From the NCBI GenBank assembly GCA_964245215.1, contig CAXTME010000006.1:7845-71844 (forward strand): DNA of 64,000 nt, given 5' to 3'. Under the pieces are notes generated by a model, which worked only from the letters and a program-made list of their open reading frames with translations, was not told the DNA's origin and ran no database searches. Position 1 is the stretch's first letter. The number at the start of each line of letters is the position of its first letter. The stretch comes from an uncultured Lichenihabitans sp. Lineage in GTDB: Bacteria > Pseudomonadota > Alphaproteobacteria > Rhizobiales > Beijerinckiaceae. Both the position numbers and the translations under genes were made by a program. Positions 19,889 to 31,731 of this stretch are shown here, piece after piece.

Positions 19889-20521
19889 TCATTTTGTGTC
19901 GGCCGCTGGCTCGGCGCGTTTGGTCTCGACGCGATCGATCAGGCCGAAGGCCTGAGCTTCGTCGGCGGTCATGAAGTGGTCACGGTCGAGCGTGTTCTCG
20001 ATCGTGTCGTAGTCGCGCCCCGTATGCTTCGCGTAGATCTCGTTCAGGCGCCGCTTGATCTTCATGATATCTTCCGCGTGCCGGAGGATATCGGAGGCCT
20101 GACCCTGGAAACCGCCCGAAGGCTGGTGCACCATAACGCGAGCGTTGGGCAGTGCATACCGCATGCCGGCCTCACCGGCGCAGAGCAGAAGCGAGCCCAT
20201 CGATGCGGCCTGCCCCACGCAAAGCGTAGTGACCTTGGGCCGAATGAACTGCATCGTATCGTAGATCGCGAGCCCCGCCGTCACCACGCCACCCGGTGAA
20301 TTGATGTAGAGCGAAATCTCCTTTTTCGGGTTTTCCGCTTCCAGGAATAGCAGCTGCGCGATGATCACCGAGGCCATGTGGTCTTCCACCGGACCTGTGA
20401 GAAAGATGATCCGTTCCCGCAGCAGGCGGGAGTAGATGTCGAAGCCTCGCTCGCCCCGGCTGGTGTTCTCGATCACCTGCGGGATGAGGTAGCTGGAATA
20501 AACCTCGATCGGATCCCTCAT
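19889..20521 (-). CDS. clpP: ATP-dependent Clp protease proteolytic subunit
   Basis: [39 protein letters not shown]. Confidence 0.98.
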   Translation of the reverse strand: MRDPIEVYSSYLIPQVIENTSRGERGFDIYSRLLRERIIFLTGPVEDHMASVIIAQLLFLEAENPKKEISLYINSPGGVVTAGLAIYDTMQFIRPKVTTLCVGQAASMGSLLLCAGEAGMRYALPNARVMVHQPSGGFQGQASDILRHAEDIMKIKRRLNEIYAKHTGRDYDTIENTLDRDHFMTADEAQAFGLIDRVETKRAEPAADTK

Positions 20522-20569
20522 CAGTCCGGCCCTTCAACATCTCGTGATCGGCCGCATCGGCCTTGTCGG

Positions 20570-20598
20570 AATATAAGTGGCGCCCACGCGAGCGCAAC
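20570..20598 (-). promoter_or_regulatory. Possible RpoH/RpoD-type promoter for clpP
   Basis: Minus strand GTTGCG-N15-CTTATATT resembles the alphaproteobacterial TTG-N-CTATAT pattern. Confidence 0.35.
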
Positions 20599-20665
20599 AG
20601 GCATCGGAAGGGGCACCCGCGGTGAAGAATCCCCGGCCGACAGCTCCGGCCGGAGTGCGGGATCG

Positions 20666-22096
20666 TCAGTCGTCTGCCTTTTGGTCGGGCACTGTATCGC
20701 TGTCTGCCGGGATCTCGGGCGCGGTGAGGCTCTTTGGCGCGTCGTTCTCGTCCTCGAGCGGTTTGAAGAGGTCCTCGCGCGAGACCACCCGCTCGGTGAC
20801 TTGGGCCTGCGCCACGATGTGGTCGACCACCTTCTCCTCGAAGAGCGGCGCCTTCACCTCGGCCAGGGCCTGGGGGTTCTTGCGATAGTGGTCCCAGACG
20901 GCCTGTTCCTGCCCCGGATATTGCCGAACCAGTTCGACCAGGGCCTTGCCGACCTCGCCGTCCTCGACCTTGATGCCGGCCTTCTCGCCCACTTCGGCCA
21001 GCACCAGGCCCAGCCTCACGCGACGTTCGGCGATCCTGCGGTACTCGGCGCGTGCGGCCTCCTCGGTCGTGTTCTCGTCGGCGAAGCCGCGACCGCTGCG
21101 CTGCTGCTCGGCCTGCACCTGGCGCCAGATATTGTCGAACTCCTGCGACACCAGCCCTTCCGGAAGGTCGAAGCTGTAGCGTTTGTCGAGGGCGTCGAGA
21201 AGCGAGCGCTTCAGCCGGTCGCGCGAGGCCCGGCCGAAGTCATCCTGCATGCGGGTGCGGATCGCCTCGCGCAGGGCCGCCAAATCGTCGAAGCCGAAGC
21301 CTTTGGCGAACTCGTCGTCGAGCTTCAGCTCGCCGGGCGCCGCAATCTCCTTCACCTTGACCTCGAAGACCGCCTCCTTGCCGGCAAGCGCGGCGGCCGT
21401 ATAGTTCTCGGGAAACGTGACCTCGAGCTTCCGGTCGTCGCCCACCTTCGCGCCCACGAGCTGGTCTTCGAAGCCCGGGATGAAGCTGCCGGAGCCGATG
21501 ATCAGCTCGACGTCCTCGCCCTTGCCACCCTCGAAGACCTCACCGTCGACACGGCCCTCGAAGTCGATCTTGAGCCGGTCGCCCGTTTCGGCCGCGGCAT
21601 CCTCATGCTCCTTCGGCGTGAAGACGCGGTTCTGGTTGGCCAACACGTCGACGGAGCGGCCGACCTCCTCTTCGGAGATTTCGGCGACCTGACGCTCCAG
21701 CGTCAAGTCGTCGAAGGTGCCGGCATCGAAGCTCGGGATCGTCTCGACCGCCACCGTAAAGGCCAGATCGCCCTGGGCCTCCATGGCGCGCTCGACCTCG
21801 GCCTGGTCGCTGGTCAGATCGATCTTCGGCTCGAGCGCGAGGCGCAGCCCGTTGTCCTCGACGATCTTCCGGTTGGCCTCGTTGACGGCATTCTGGACGA
21901 CGTCGCTCATCACGGAGCGTCCATAGAGACGCTTCAGATGGGACAAGGGCACCTTGCCGGGCCGAAACCCGTTGATCTTCACCTTGTCCTTCATGCCGAC
22001 GAGTTCGCCCTCCAGACGGGAGGCCAGGTCCGCCGCCGGAAGCACGACTTTGTATTCGCGCCTCAATCCGTGAGCGCTGATCTCCGTAACCTGCAT
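20666..22096 (-). CDS. tig: Trigger factor
   Basis: [36 protein letters not shown]; canonical tig-clpP-clpX-lon order. Confidence 0.97.
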   Translation of the reverse strand: MQVTEISAHGLRREYKVVLPAADLASRLEGELVGMKDKVKINGFRPGKVPLSHLKRLYGRSVMSDVVQNAVNEANRKIVEDNGLRLALEPKIDLTSDQAEVERAMEAQGDLAFTVAVETIPSFDAGTFDDLTLERQVAEISEEEVGRSVDVLANQNRVFTPKEHEDAAAETGDRLKIDFEGRVDGEVFEGGKGEDVELIIGSGSFIPGFEDQLVGAKVGDDRKLEVTFPENYTAAALAGKEAVFEVKVKEIAAPGELKLDDEFAKGFGFDDLAALREAIRTRMQDDFGRASRDRLKRSLLDALDKRYSFDLPEGLVSQEFDNIWRQVQAEQQRSGRGFADENTTEEAARAEYRRIAERRVRLGLVLAEVGEKAGIKVEDGEVGKALVELVRQYPGQEQAVWDHYRKNPQALAEVKAPLFEEKVVDHIVAQAQVTERVVSREDLFKPLEDENDAPKSLTAPEIPADSDTVPDQKADD

Positions 22097-22271
22097 CTGA
22101 CCTGTCCTTCAAAACTCGTTCAATGCCGCGAACCGGCGGAATCTCAGAGGCGTATCACCGTTTCGGCGACGGAGAGCAAGCTGAACGACACGGCGGCCCT
22201 CATGGCGCTGCCGAGACCCCGCAGGGACCGGGCCGAGCGCGGGCCGTGTCTCACGCCATGACCGATCGAGA

Positions 22272-22356
<85 letters not shown>

Positions 22357-22709
22357 GGAGCCGTTCCATTCCGAAACGGAGGACGGCGTCTTAGCAACTG
22401 GCCGGACCGCATGCAGCAAAAAAGTGGGCCGGCCTTCCCCACCATCGGTCTCGATCACAGCAGCGAGCGCAAAGCTCATCGCGCCGACAAGGCTCGTGGC
22501 GGCCGATGACGGGTCCGAAGCCCGCAGGGCAAGGGCGATGACGAAAAGACCCGCGAAACAGCTCGCGCCGAGAACCACAACCCGATCTAGCCCATTCTTG
22601 CACATGTTGCGGATCGACCGTCCAGAGACGGTCATGCCGCGCAAATCCGGGGCCGCGATCGGTGTCGCGTTCTGGGACGTGTCGCTTGGCCCCTTCGAGC
22701 AGGACCATC

Positions 22710-24059
22710 ATGGATCGGAAACGCCGCCAGTTCCTCACCTCACTCGGCGCCGTGCCGTTCGCGCTGGTCGATCCGCGACACGGTCTCGGCGCCGAAACCC
22801 CGTCGACAGTCTCCCCGGTGGCACCCGACGATCCTGCGATCGTGCTCGTGGCGACGACCGGTGGCGTCCCGCCTCGGCCACCACAGCATTATGGCGAGGG
22901 GTCTCCCGGGCCGATCCTGCGGGTCAGGCGCGGCGCAACGACCCGGATCATCCTGCGCAATCGCCTCGGCGGTCCGACGAGCCTCGACCTGCACGGGCTG
23001 CATGTGCCGCCTCCACTGGGGGGAAAGGGCCCGCTCGGGGGTGGCGTGGCGTCCGGAGCGGAGGCCGAGATCGCCTTCGTCCCACCCGACAGCGGCACCT
23101 TCTGGTTCCACCCTTGGATCCTCGATCGACACCTCGACGAAACCGCCGAGGGTTTGTCGGGCGTGCTCCTGGTCGAAGAGGAGAACCCGCCGGAGGTCGA
23201 CTGGGACAGGGTCGTGATCCTCTCGGATCGTGACGCCCCGTCCGATGTGGTGCCGTCGTCCATCGGGTTGAAGAACCGGCTCTGGGTCGACGGCGGCGAA
23301 TGGCCCAGGACCGACACACGGGTCCCGGGAGCCCGGATGCGGCTTCGCGTCGTCAATGCCTCGACCAGGATCGCTGTCGCGGTCGCCTGCAGCGGTGCCG
23401 ATCCTTACGTCGTGGCGATCGACGGGCAGCCGTCCGAACTCTTCAAACCGCTGGCCGATTCGGTTCCGGTCGGCCCGGGCGCACGCTTCGACCTGATGCT
23501 CGACCTGCCACGCACCGCCGGAGCCGAGGTCAAGGTCTCGGTCCGCGGTTCCGCGCCGGGCGGACAACCCGAGACGGCGCTGATCTTCAGGACCGAAGGC
23601 GAGGCCGCGCCCGAGCGACCCCCGATCCTGCCGCTGGCGCCCAATCGGCTTCTCCCCCGCGCCATTCCGCTCGAAGCTTCGACCCGCGCCACGTTGGAGG
23701 TGCGAAAAAAGCCCTCCGCAGAAGCTGGGGAGGCCGCGATCTGGACCGTCAACGGGATCTCGGGAATCGAGCTGCCGAGAAAGCCGTTGTTCGCGGCCCG
23801 GCGAGGGTCCCCCGTGACCCTCGCGTTCAAGAATGCATCGGCCGAACTCGCCGCCTTTCGCCTGCACGGCTTCGCCATGCGCCTGCTCCACGACCTCGAC
23901 GACGGGTGGGAGCCCTATTGGCGCGATTCCGTGCTGGTCCCGCCGGGTGTCACGCATCATGCCGCCTTCCTGGCCGACAAGCCGGGACGCTGGTTGGTCG
24001 AGTCGCCCTTCTTCGATCAGGCGGCGGGCGGCTTGCGGGTCTGGTTCGAGATCACCTGA
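22710..24059 (+). CDS. Tat-exported multicopper-oxidase-fold protein with degenerate copper sites (SufI/FtsP-like)
   Basis: Twin-Arg signal KRRQFL; cupredoxin landmarks PGPILRVRRG, LHG, SGTFWFHP, GLSGVLLVEE, VGPGARFDL, RLHG; most His and Cys ligands absent. Confidence 0.82.
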   Translation: MDRKRRQFLTSLGAVPFALVDPRHGLGAETPSTVSPVAPDDPAIVLVATTGGVPPRPPQHYGEGSPGPILRVRRGATTRIILRNRLGGPTSLDLHGLHVPPPLGGKGPLGGGVASGAEAEIAFVPPDSGTFWFHPWILDRHLDETAEGLSGVLLVEEENPPEVDWDRVVILSDRDAPSDVVPSSIGLKNRLWVDGGEWPRTDTRVPGARMRLRVVNASTRIAVAVACSGADPYVVAIDGQPSELFKPLADSVPVGPGARFDLMLDLPRTAGAEVKVSVRGSAPGGQPETALIFRTEGEAAPERPPILPLAPNRLLPRAIPLEASTRATLEVRKKPSAEAGEAAIWTVNGISGIELPRKPLFAARRGSPVTLAFKNASAELAAFRLHGFAMRLLHDLDDGWEPYWRDSVLVPPGVTHHAAFLADKPGRWLVESPFFDQAAGGLRVWFEIT

Positions 24060-25596
24060 CGGGTTCGCGGTCGAACAGCGCCCGCAGGACCGGGGGCAGG
24101 CACTCGGGCAGGTCTTCGGAGATGAGCCCCGGTCCAAAGCGCCGCGCCGCGGAGGCGTGGATCCAGACCGCGGCCGAGGCCGCCTCGAAGGCCGGCGTGT
24201 CCTGCGCCAGGAGCCCTCCGATCATGCCGGAGAGCACGTCGCCCGAGCCGGCCGTCGCGAGCCACGGCGCATCCTCTCCGGCGACCGAGGCTCGCCCGTC
24301 GGGCGCCGCCACCACGGTGTCGGGACCTTTCAGGACCAGAACGGCGCCGAGCCGCTTCGCTGCGGCGCGGGCGCGCTCGACCTTCGAGGCGAGATCGGCA
24401 ATGCCGGGTACGGCCCCGAACAGGCTGGCGAACTCGCCATCGTGCGGCGTGACCACCACGGGGCCGGACGATCCGGCGACGAGCGCCGCGAGCCCGTCGG
24501 GCTCACCCTTGAACAGCGTGAGCGCATCGGCGTCGACGACGGCCCCGCGGGGCTTCACGGTCTCGTGGCTCGGTGTGGTGCCGGGCCGGAGCGCCGCCGC
24601 CACCAGCGCGCGGGCATCGGGACCGTGACCGAGAGCCGGTCCGATGACGACGGCGTTCTTGCGCGCGTCCGCCAGGATGTCGCCAAGTGCCGCCGGTCCC
24701 TCGCAGACCCGCAGCATGATCGAGGTGAGATGCGCCGCATGGGTCGCGATGGCGTCTTCCGGACTCGCGACCGTCACGAGCCCCGCGCCGATGCGCAGAC
24801 CGCCCCGCGCCGCAAGGCGCGCCGCTCCCGTGGTCGGCATCGGCCCCGAGACGACGAGCAGATGACCCCGGGTATATTTATGCCCCTCCGGGGCAGGCTT
24901 GGGGAAGGCCGGCCACCACAGGTCGGGACAGTTGCGGGCCAGGGTCACGCCGAGGCTGTCCAGCACCCCGCGATCGATGCCGATATCCGCCAGGATCACC
25001 TCGCCGCAGCGGTCACGCCCCGGCATGAGCAGGTGGGCGGGCTTCAGGCGGAAGAACGTCACGGTGGTGGTGGCCCGAAGCGATGGACCGAGCACCTGGC
25101 CCGTGTCGCCCGACAGGCCGGACGGCAGATCGACGGCCAGGACCGGCGTGCCGCTCGCCGCCACGCGCTCGACGACCGCGAGGGCGGGGCCTGCGAGCGC
25201 CCGCGACAGCCCGGCCCCGAACAGGGCGTCGACCACGAGGTCGAAGGGCTGCGGATCGACGGCATCGAGGTCGAGCACCGTGGCTTTCCAGCGCGCCGCG
25301 ACGACCGCCGCGTCGCCCGTCATCGCAGTCGGTCGTCGCGCTGCGGCGACCGTGACCTCGTGACCCCGCTGGCGTAGCAGATCGGCTGCCACGAAGCCGT
25401 CTCCTCCGTTATTGCCGGGACCACACAGGACCAGGACGCGCCGGCCCCCGGCTGAGCGAAGCAGCGGCTCGCAACCATCGGCGACTGCGCGGCCCGCGCG
25501 ATCCATCAGCACGAGCCCCGATGTTCCTGCCGCAAGGGTCAGACGGTCCACCTCGGCCATCTCGGCGACCGTAACGATTTCGACATCGTGGTTCAT
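24052..25596 (-). CDS. nnr: Bifunctional NAD(P)H-hydrate epimerase/dehydratase
   Basis: LCGPGNNGGDG, VDALFGAGL, DLPSGL, HKYTRG, LATAGSGDVLSG. Confidence 0.95.
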   Translation of the reverse strand: MNHDVEIVTVAEMAEVDRLTLAAGTSGLVLMDRAGRAVADGCEPLLRSAGGRRVLVLCGPGNNGGDGFVAADLLRQRGHEVTVAAARRPTAMTGDAAVVAARWKATVLDLDAVDPQPFDLVVDALFGAGLSRALAGPALAVVERVAASGTPVLAVDLPSGLSGDTGQVLGPSLRATTTVTFFRLKPAHLLMPGRDRCGEVILADIGIDRGVLDSLGVTLARNCPDLWWPAFPKPAPEGHKYTRGHLLVVSGPMPTTGAARLAARGGLRIGAGLVTVASPEDAIATHAAHLTSIMLRVCEGPAALGDILADARKNAVVIGPALGHGPDARALVAAALRPGTTPSHETVKPRGAVVDADALTLFKGEPDGLAALVAGSSGPVVVTPHDGEFASLFGAVPGIADLASKVERARAAAKRLGAVLVLKGPDTVVAAPDGRASVAGEDAPWLATAGSGDVLSGMIGGLLAQDTPAFEAASAAVWIHASAARRFGPGLISEDLPECLPPVLRALFDREPVR

Positions 25597-25691
25597 ATGA
25601 AGACAGACTCCTTTTTAGGCGCTGCAACCCGTCCAGACCGGCTTCAACCCCGCGAGCCCGACCTGTTGCTGTGGGCCTGCCCATGTCGTAA

Positions 25692-26216
<525 letters not shown>

Positions 26217-26276
26217 CGCGCTTTCCGCACCGTCCGGTCTTCCGTGGACCGGACTGCTTCCCGAGAAAGGCACAGC

Positions 26277-27686
26277 ATGAAGACCGCCCAGGATGTCCTT
26301 AAAGCGATCAAGGATCAGGACATCAAATACGTCGATTTTCGCTTCACCGATCCCCGGGGCAAGTGGCAGCACGTAACCTTTGATGTGTCGATCGTCGACG
26401 AGGACGCCTTCGCGGACGGCGTCATGTTCGACGGGTCGTCGATCGCCGGCTGGAAGGCCATCAACGAATCCGACATGACCCTGATGCCCGACCCCGAAAC
26501 GGCCTGCATGGATCCGTTCTTCTCGGCCTCCACGATGTCGATCGTCTGCGACGTGCTCGAGCCCGCGACCGGCGAGCCCTATCCTCGCGATCCGCGCGGT
26601 GTCGCCAAGAAGGCCGAAGCCTACCTGAAGTCGACCGGGATCGGCGACGCCATCTTCGTCGGCCCCGAGGCGGAGTTCTTCGTGTTCGACGACGTCCGCT
26701 TCAAGTCGGACCCCTACAATACCGGGTTCATCGTCGATTCGATCGAACTGCCGAGCAACCAGGACACAGTCTACGAGGGCGGCAACCTCGGCCATCGCAT
26801 CCGAACCAAGGGCGGCTATTTTCCGGTTCCGCCGCTCGATTCGGCGCAGGACATGCGAGGCGAGATGCTGGCCGCCATGGCGTCCATGGGCGTCAAGGTC
26901 GAGAAGCATCACCACGAGGTGGCCTCGGCTCAGCACGAACTCGGCATGAAGTTCGACAAGCTGACCCTCATGGCCGACGGGATGCAGATCTACAAATATT
27001 GCATCCATCAGGTGGCGCAGAGCTACGGCAAGACAGCGACCTTCATGCCGAAGCCGGTGTTCGGCGACAACGGCTCCGGCATGCACGTGCACCAGTCGAT
27101 CTGGAAGGACGGCAAACCGGTCTTCGCGGGCGACAAATACGCCGATCTGAGCCAGGAATGCCTGTGGTACATCGGGGGCATCATCAAACACGCGAAGTCG
27201 CTGAACGCCTTCACCAATCCGTCGACCAACTCGTATAAGCGGCTGGTGCCGGGCTACGAGGCCCCGGTGCTGCTCGCCTACTCGGCCCGCAACCGTTCGG
27301 CCTCCTGCCGTATCCCCTACACGGCGAACCCGAAAGCCAAGCGCGTCGAAGTCCGCTTCCCCGACCCGGCCGCCAATCCCTACTTGGCCTTTGCGGCCAT
27401 GCTGATGGCAGGGCTCGACGGCATCACCAACAAGCTCGATCCGGGCGCCGCCATGGACAAGGATCTCTACGACCTGCCGAAACAGGAGTTGGCCCAGATC
27501 CCGACGGTCTGCGGCTCGTTGCGGGAAGCGCTGGCCAGCCTGCAGGCCGACCATGCCTACCTGACGACCGGCGGCGTCTTCACCGAAGACCTGATCGAGT
27601 CCTACATCGAACTCAAGATGACGGAAGTGATGCGCTTCGAAATGACCCCTCATCCGGTCGAATACGAGATGTACTACTCGGTCTGA
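26277..27686 (+). CDS. glnA: Type I glutamine synthetase
   Basis: [44 protein letters not shown]-like and adenylylation-site DLYDL motifs. Confidence 0.98.
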   Translation: MKTAQDVLKAIKDQDIKYVDFRFTDPRGKWQHVTFDVSIVDEDAFADGVMFDGSSIAGWKAINESDMTLMPDPETACMDPFFSASTMSIVCDVLEPATGEPYPRDPRGVAKKAEAYLKSTGIGDAIFVGPEAEFFVFDDVRFKSDPYNTGFIVDSIELPSNQDTVYEGGNLGHRIRTKGGYFPVPPLDSAQDMRGEMLAAMASMGVKVEKHHHEVASAQHELGMKFDKLTLMADGMQIYKYCIHQVAQSYGKTATFMPKPVFGDNGSGMHVHQSIWKDGKPVFAGDKYADLSQECLWYIGGIIKHAKSLNAFTNPSTNSYKRLVPGYEAPVLLAYSARNRSASCRIPYTANPKAKRVEVRFPDPAANPYLAFAAMLMAGLDGITNKLDPGAAMDKDLYDLPKQELAQIPTVCGSLREALASLQADHAYLTTGGVFTEDLIESYIELKMTEVMRFEMTPHPVEYEMYYSV

Positions 27687-27688
27687 TC

Positions 27689-27724
27689 AAACGAGGCAGC
27701 GGCCTCAAAGCCGCTGCCTCGTTT
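27689..27724. terminator. Bidirectional terminator hairpin between glnA and the convergent esterase
   Basis: aaacgaggcagcggc-ctcaaa-gccgctgcctcgttt: perfect 15-bp stem. Confidence 0.8.
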
Positions 27725-27742
27725 GTGTGTGTCGGATCACCG

Positions 27743-29419
27743 TCAATCCGTATTCTGGGCGTGTTCCCAGAAGTCGCATCGATGACGTTGAGCAAAATCC
27801 GCACTGATCTCGACCTTGGCCGGCGACAAGTCCTCGATCGTTTCGGAACCGTCGCGGAAGCGCGGCCACGCCGGTCCCCCGGCGGCAGCGGGCGAACCGG
27901 TCCGCGCGAACGCCCCCCAGTCGGCCTGGATGAGCGCCGATAATCGCACCTGCTCGACGCCGAAGTTCGCCGGGTCGGCCAGGATCCAGGAACTCCCGAA
28001 CACATAGGCGATCTCGGCCGTGTGATAGGCGTGCATCGGGGCGGCCCAGGGCGGGACCGGAAGGCTGAACGGGGCTTCTGGGTCGTCGAATTCGTAGGCA
28101 AAGACCGGGACCGTGCGGGCCAGAAGGCGGTCGAGCGCGCGGGCCGGGCAGGCAAAAAGACCGTCCGTGAGAACCGCCGCGTAGGCGAGACGCGGGGAGT
28201 CGAATCCGTCGGCCGGGTAGTGTGCGAGGATCGCGGCCGCATGGGTCGGAAACAAGCGTTCGATCTCGGCCTCGTAGCTCCCCGCCGTGAGAAGATCGGC
28301 CTGGAACCCGCGCAGATAGCCGAAAAGCCGACCCTCGTCGCGGTTCGTCCCGTCGATCACCGGTACCTTGTTGAAGCGCCCTGCCGCAAAGGCGTCCCGT
28401 GGCGCGAGCGGGAGGACGTCGAGCCCCGTAGCGGGGGCCCAACTGTTCGGTCCGGTAACGCCGTCGCGCTCGGCGAGCGCTCCGGCCAGATCCTCGGCGG
28501 GCTTACCGCGCAGGCACGCCAGGACGTCGGGTCCATCACAGCCCAGAGCCGAGGCCATGCGCTCGCCTCCGGCTTCGGCCGACGCGGCCGGCAGGCTCGT
28601 TTCGGACGTGATACAGGCGCCGCTCTCGAGGATCGCGCGGCTGAAGAGCCCGGCGGCTTCGGGCGATGCCATCTGGTAACAGGTGCTCCAGGCGCCGGCC
28701 GATTGTCCGAACAGCGTGACGCGGCGCGGGTCGCCGCCGAAACTCGCGATATTGGCCCGGACCCAGCGAAGGGCCGCCTGTTGGTCGAGAAGCCCGAAAG
28801 CGCCCTCCCCCGGATGGCCTCGAAGTGCAGGATGCGCCAGGAAACCGAGTGCTCCCAAGCGGTAGTTGATCGTCACCACGAGGGCGCCCGTGTTGCGCGC
28901 CAGGACGCTCGGATCGTATTGGCCGCTCGACCCGAGCAACAGCGCGCCACCGTGGATCCACACCATCACGGGACGCCCCTGCCCGCTCCCGGCAGCAGGC
29001 GGCGCGTAGACGTTGAGCGTCAGGCAGTCTTCCTGACCAAGCAGCGGACCCGTGCCGTGGCGGCCCACCTGAGCATCGAGGCTGAGATTCTGCAGGCAGG
29101 TGGGTCCGAGCTCGGTCGCGGGCCGCGGCTTGGTCCAGGCCGCGACGGGTTGCGGCGCGCGCCAGCGTAGCTCTCCGACCGGAGGCGCCGCGTAGGGAAT
29201 GCCGAGAAAGGCTTGCCCGGCGGCGCTCGCCGCCCCCTCGATCGGGCCGGCGAGCGTCTCGACGCGTTTCGCGATCGTCGTGTCGGAATGGACGATGTCG
29301 TCGACCGCGCCTGGATGAAGGTCGCAGCCGCTCACGGACAAAGCGAGCGACAGCACCGCGAAGCCCGCAAGGCTGCGCCCGGCACCTCGCAAGATCCTAA
29401 TCCAGCCGGAACTTGGCAT
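27743..29419 (-). CDS. Carboxylesterase type B (PnbA-like), probable lipoprotein
   Basis: FLGIPYAAPPVGELRWRAP, EDCLTLNVY, WIHGG, NYRLG..GF, GQSAG nucleophile, GTNRDEG, HTAEI; lipobox-like LSVSGC. Confidence 0.92.
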   Translation of the reverse strand: MPSSGWIRILRGAGRSLAGFAVLSLALSVSGCDLHPGAVDDIVHSDTTIAKRVETLAGPIEGAASAAGQAFLGIPYAAPPVGELRWRAPQPVAAWTKPRPATELGPTCLQNLSLDAQVGRHGTGPLLGQEDCLTLNVYAPPAAGSGQGRPVMVWIHGGALLLGSSGQYDPSVLARNTGALVVTINYRLGALGFLAHPALRGHPGEGAFGLLDQQAALRWVRANIASFGGDPRRVTLFGQSAGAWSTCYQMASPEAAGLFSRAILESGACITSETSLPAASAEAGGERMASALGCDGPDVLACLRGKPAEDLAGALAERDGVTGPNSWAPATGLDVLPLAPRDAFAAGRFNKVPVIDGTNRDEGRLFGYLRGFQADLLTAGSYEAEIERLFPTHAAAILAHYPADGFDSPRLAYAAVLTDGLFACPARALDRLLARTVPVFAYEFDDPEAPFSLPVPPWAAPMHAYHTAEIAYVFGSSWILADPANFGVEQVRLSALIQADWGAFARTGSPAAAGGPAWPRFRDGSETIEDLSPAKVEISADFAQRHRCDFWEHAQNTD

Positions 29420-30389
29420 GATTGCGATGTTCGGCCTTGATCCGCCGCACGGTGCCGGTGACCGACCGGTAGATCACGGTTTCGGTCTCGATCAGGCCGT
29501 CGTGGAACTTGACGCCGGTCAGGAGTTCGCCGTCCGTGATGCCGGTGGCCGCCACGATGACGTCGCCCGACGCCAGTTCCTTCATGTCGTATTTCCGGCT
29601 CGGATCCGTGATCCCCATGGCGAGGGCGCGCTCGCGCCGTTCGGGGGTGTCGAGGATCAGTCGTGCCTGCATCTGGCCGCCGACGCACCGCAGGGCTCCG
29701 GCCGCGAGAACGCCCTCGGGCGCGCCGCCGGAGCCGAGGTAGAGGTCGATGGACGTGTCCCGCGGCTGGCTGGTGAAGATGACTCCGGCGACGTCGCCGT
29801 CGATCAGCAGCTTGAGCGAGGCTCCTGCGCGTCGGCAAGCCGCGATGAGATCGCGATGGCGTGGCCGGTCCAGCACCGCAACGGTGATCTCGCCGGGCGG
29901 TACGCCCTTGGCCTTGGCCAGGCTGAGGATGTTCTCTTCGGCGCTCCAGTCGAGGTCGACGACGCCTTGAGCATAGCCGGGTCCGATGGCGATTTTGTCC
30001 ATGTAGACATCGGGCGCGTTGAGCAGCGCGCCCGCTTGCGCCACGGCCATGACCGCCATGGAGCCCGGAAGATCCTTGGCGCATAACGTCGTGCCTTCGA
30101 GCGGGTCGACCGCGATATCGACCTTGGGGCCGATCCGCGTGCCGACCCTCTCGCCGATGAACAGCATGGGGGCTTCGTCCCGCTCCCCCTCGCCGATCAC
30201 GATGGTGCCGTCGATCGGCAGGCGATTGAGTTCGCGTCGCATGGCGTCGACGGCGGCCTGATCGGCCGCCTTCTCGTCGCCACGCCCGCGCCAGCGCGCG
30301 GCGGAAACCGCCGTCCGCTCCGTCACCCGGACCATCTCGAGCGTGAGGATCCGCTCGATAGTGTCCTGCTGAACCGTCAGGTCGGCCAC
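29397..30389 (-). CDS. glpX: Class II fructose-1,6-bisphosphatase
   Basis: VRVTE..A..A, GTIVIGEGERDEAPMLFIGE, DPLEGTT, GSGGAPEGVL. Confidence 0.96.
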   Translation of the reverse strand: MADLTVQQDTIERILTLEMVRVTERTAVSAARWRGRGDEKAADQAAVDAMRRELNRLPIDGTIVIGEGERDEAPMLFIGERVGTRIGPKVDIAVDPLEGTTLCAKDLPGSMAVMAVAQAGALLNAPDVYMDKIAIGPGYAQGVVDLDWSAEENILSLAKAKGVPPGEITVAVLDRPRHRDLIAACRRAGASLKLLIDGDVAGVIFTSQPRDTSIDLYLGSGGAPEGVLAAGALRCVGGQMQARLILDTPERRERALAMGITDPSRKYDMKELASGDVIVAATGITDGELLTGVKFHDGLIETETVIYRSVTGTVRRIKAEHRNHAKFRLD

Positions 30390-30435
30390 AGTCGCGTTCC
30401 CTTGCTGGTAGCGGGGCCGGAAGTCGTTCGGCCGG

Positions 30436-31731
30436 TCAGTTTCGCTCGATTCGGATAAGTTGTGGTTTACCCGCGATCGTGCCGCCCGCCTCCACGGCGT
30501 CGAGCGCCTCGCGGATCAAGGTCTCGGTGGTCGCATGCGTGATGAGCACGACCGCCACGAAGTCCGACGACACGCCGCGGGGCTCCTGGCGCTGCATGAT
30601 CGACTCGAACGAGATCCCGGATGCCGCCATGCGGGTCGCGATCGCGGCGATCGACCCTGGACGATCCCGAACCGAGAGACGCACGTAATACCCGCCTTCA
30701 TGACGCTGCATCGGTGTCCGGGCCGCGTGTTCCAGCGTCGCTACGGGTCGACCGAACGGCTTCACCCGGCTTCCGCGCGCCAGATCGGCGAGATCGCCGA
30801 GCACGGCCGAGGCCGTCGCGTCTCCACCCGCTCCCGGCCCGACGAGCGTCAGTTCACGAACCGCATCGGCATTGATCGCAACCGCATTGGTCACGCCCTT
30901 CACCTCGGCGAGCGCGGTCGTCTTGGCCACCATCGTCGGATGCACGCGCGTCTCGATGCCGTGCGGGGTGCGCTGCGCCACACCCAGGAGCTTCACCCGA
31001 TAGCCAAGTTCGTCGGCCGCCTTCAAATCCGCGGTGGTGATGGAACGGATACCTTCCACGTGAATGGCATCGAGGTCGATGGCCGTGCCGAACGCAAGGG
31101 CCGCCAGAATGGCCAGCTTGTGAGCCGTATCGAACCCGTCGATGTCGAAGGTCGGATCAGCCTCCGCATAACCAAGACGCTGGGCCTCGGCGAGGCCCTC
31201 GGCGAAGCCGATCCCCTCCTCCTCCATCCGGGTCAGGATATAATTGCAGGTGCCGTTCAGGATCCCGTAGACGCGGCCAATCGTGTTGCCGTCCAACGAT
31301 TCCCGCAACGTCTTGACGATCGGAATGCCGCCCGCGACCGCCGCCTCGAAGCCGATCTCCACGCCCGCCGCTTCCGCCGCCCCGGCCAGCGCCATGCCGT
31401 GATACGCGAGCAAAGCCTTGTTGGCGGTGATGACGGATTTGCCCGCCGAGATCGCGGCTTCGACACCCGACTTGGCGACGCCGTCGTGACCGCCGATCAG
31501 TTCGACGAAGACGTCGATATCGGATGATCGGGCCAGCGCGACGGGGTCGTCGAACCATCGGGCCTCGCCGATGAGCGGCGCCGCCTTTGCACTGTCTCTC
31601 GCACAAACGCCGGTGACCATGATGCTGCGGCCAGTCTTCGACGCGAAGACCCGTGCATCCCGTTCGAGACGTCTGAGAACCGCGCTACCGACGGTGCCGA
31701 GGCCGGCAATGCCGACACGCAGGGGAGACAT
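30436..31731 (-). CDS. hom: Homoserine dehydrogenase with C-terminal ACT domain
   Basis: GIAGLGTVG, TANKAL, FEAAVAGGIP, GILNGTCNYIL, GYAEADPTFDIDG.D.AHK. Confidence 0.96.
   Translation of the reverse strand: MSPLRVGIAGLGTVGSAVLRRLERDARVFASKTGRSIMVTGVCARDSAKAAPLIGEARWFDDPVALARSSDIDVFVELIGGHDGVAKSGVEAAISAGKSVITANKALLAYHGMALAGAAEAAGVEIGFEAAVAGGIPIVKTLRESLDGNTIGRVYGILNGTCNYILTRMEEEGIGFAEGLAEAQRLGYAEADPTFDIDGFDTAHKLAILAALAFGTAIDLDAIHVEGIRSITTADLKAADELGYRVKLLGVAQRTPHGIETRVHPTMVAKTTALAEVKGVTNAVAINADAVRELTLVGPGAGGDATASAVLGDLADLARGSRVKPFGRPVATLEHAARTPMQRHEGGYYVRLSVRDRPGSIAAIATRMAASGISFESIMQRQEPRGVSSDFVAVVLITHATTETLIREALDAVEAGGTIAGKPQLIRIERN

Noticed and set aside
15681-22261. Long plus-strand ORFs 15681..16778, 18347..19741 and 20378..22261
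   Set aside because: Antisense shadows of lon, clpX and tig caused by GC-rich codon bias; no motifs.
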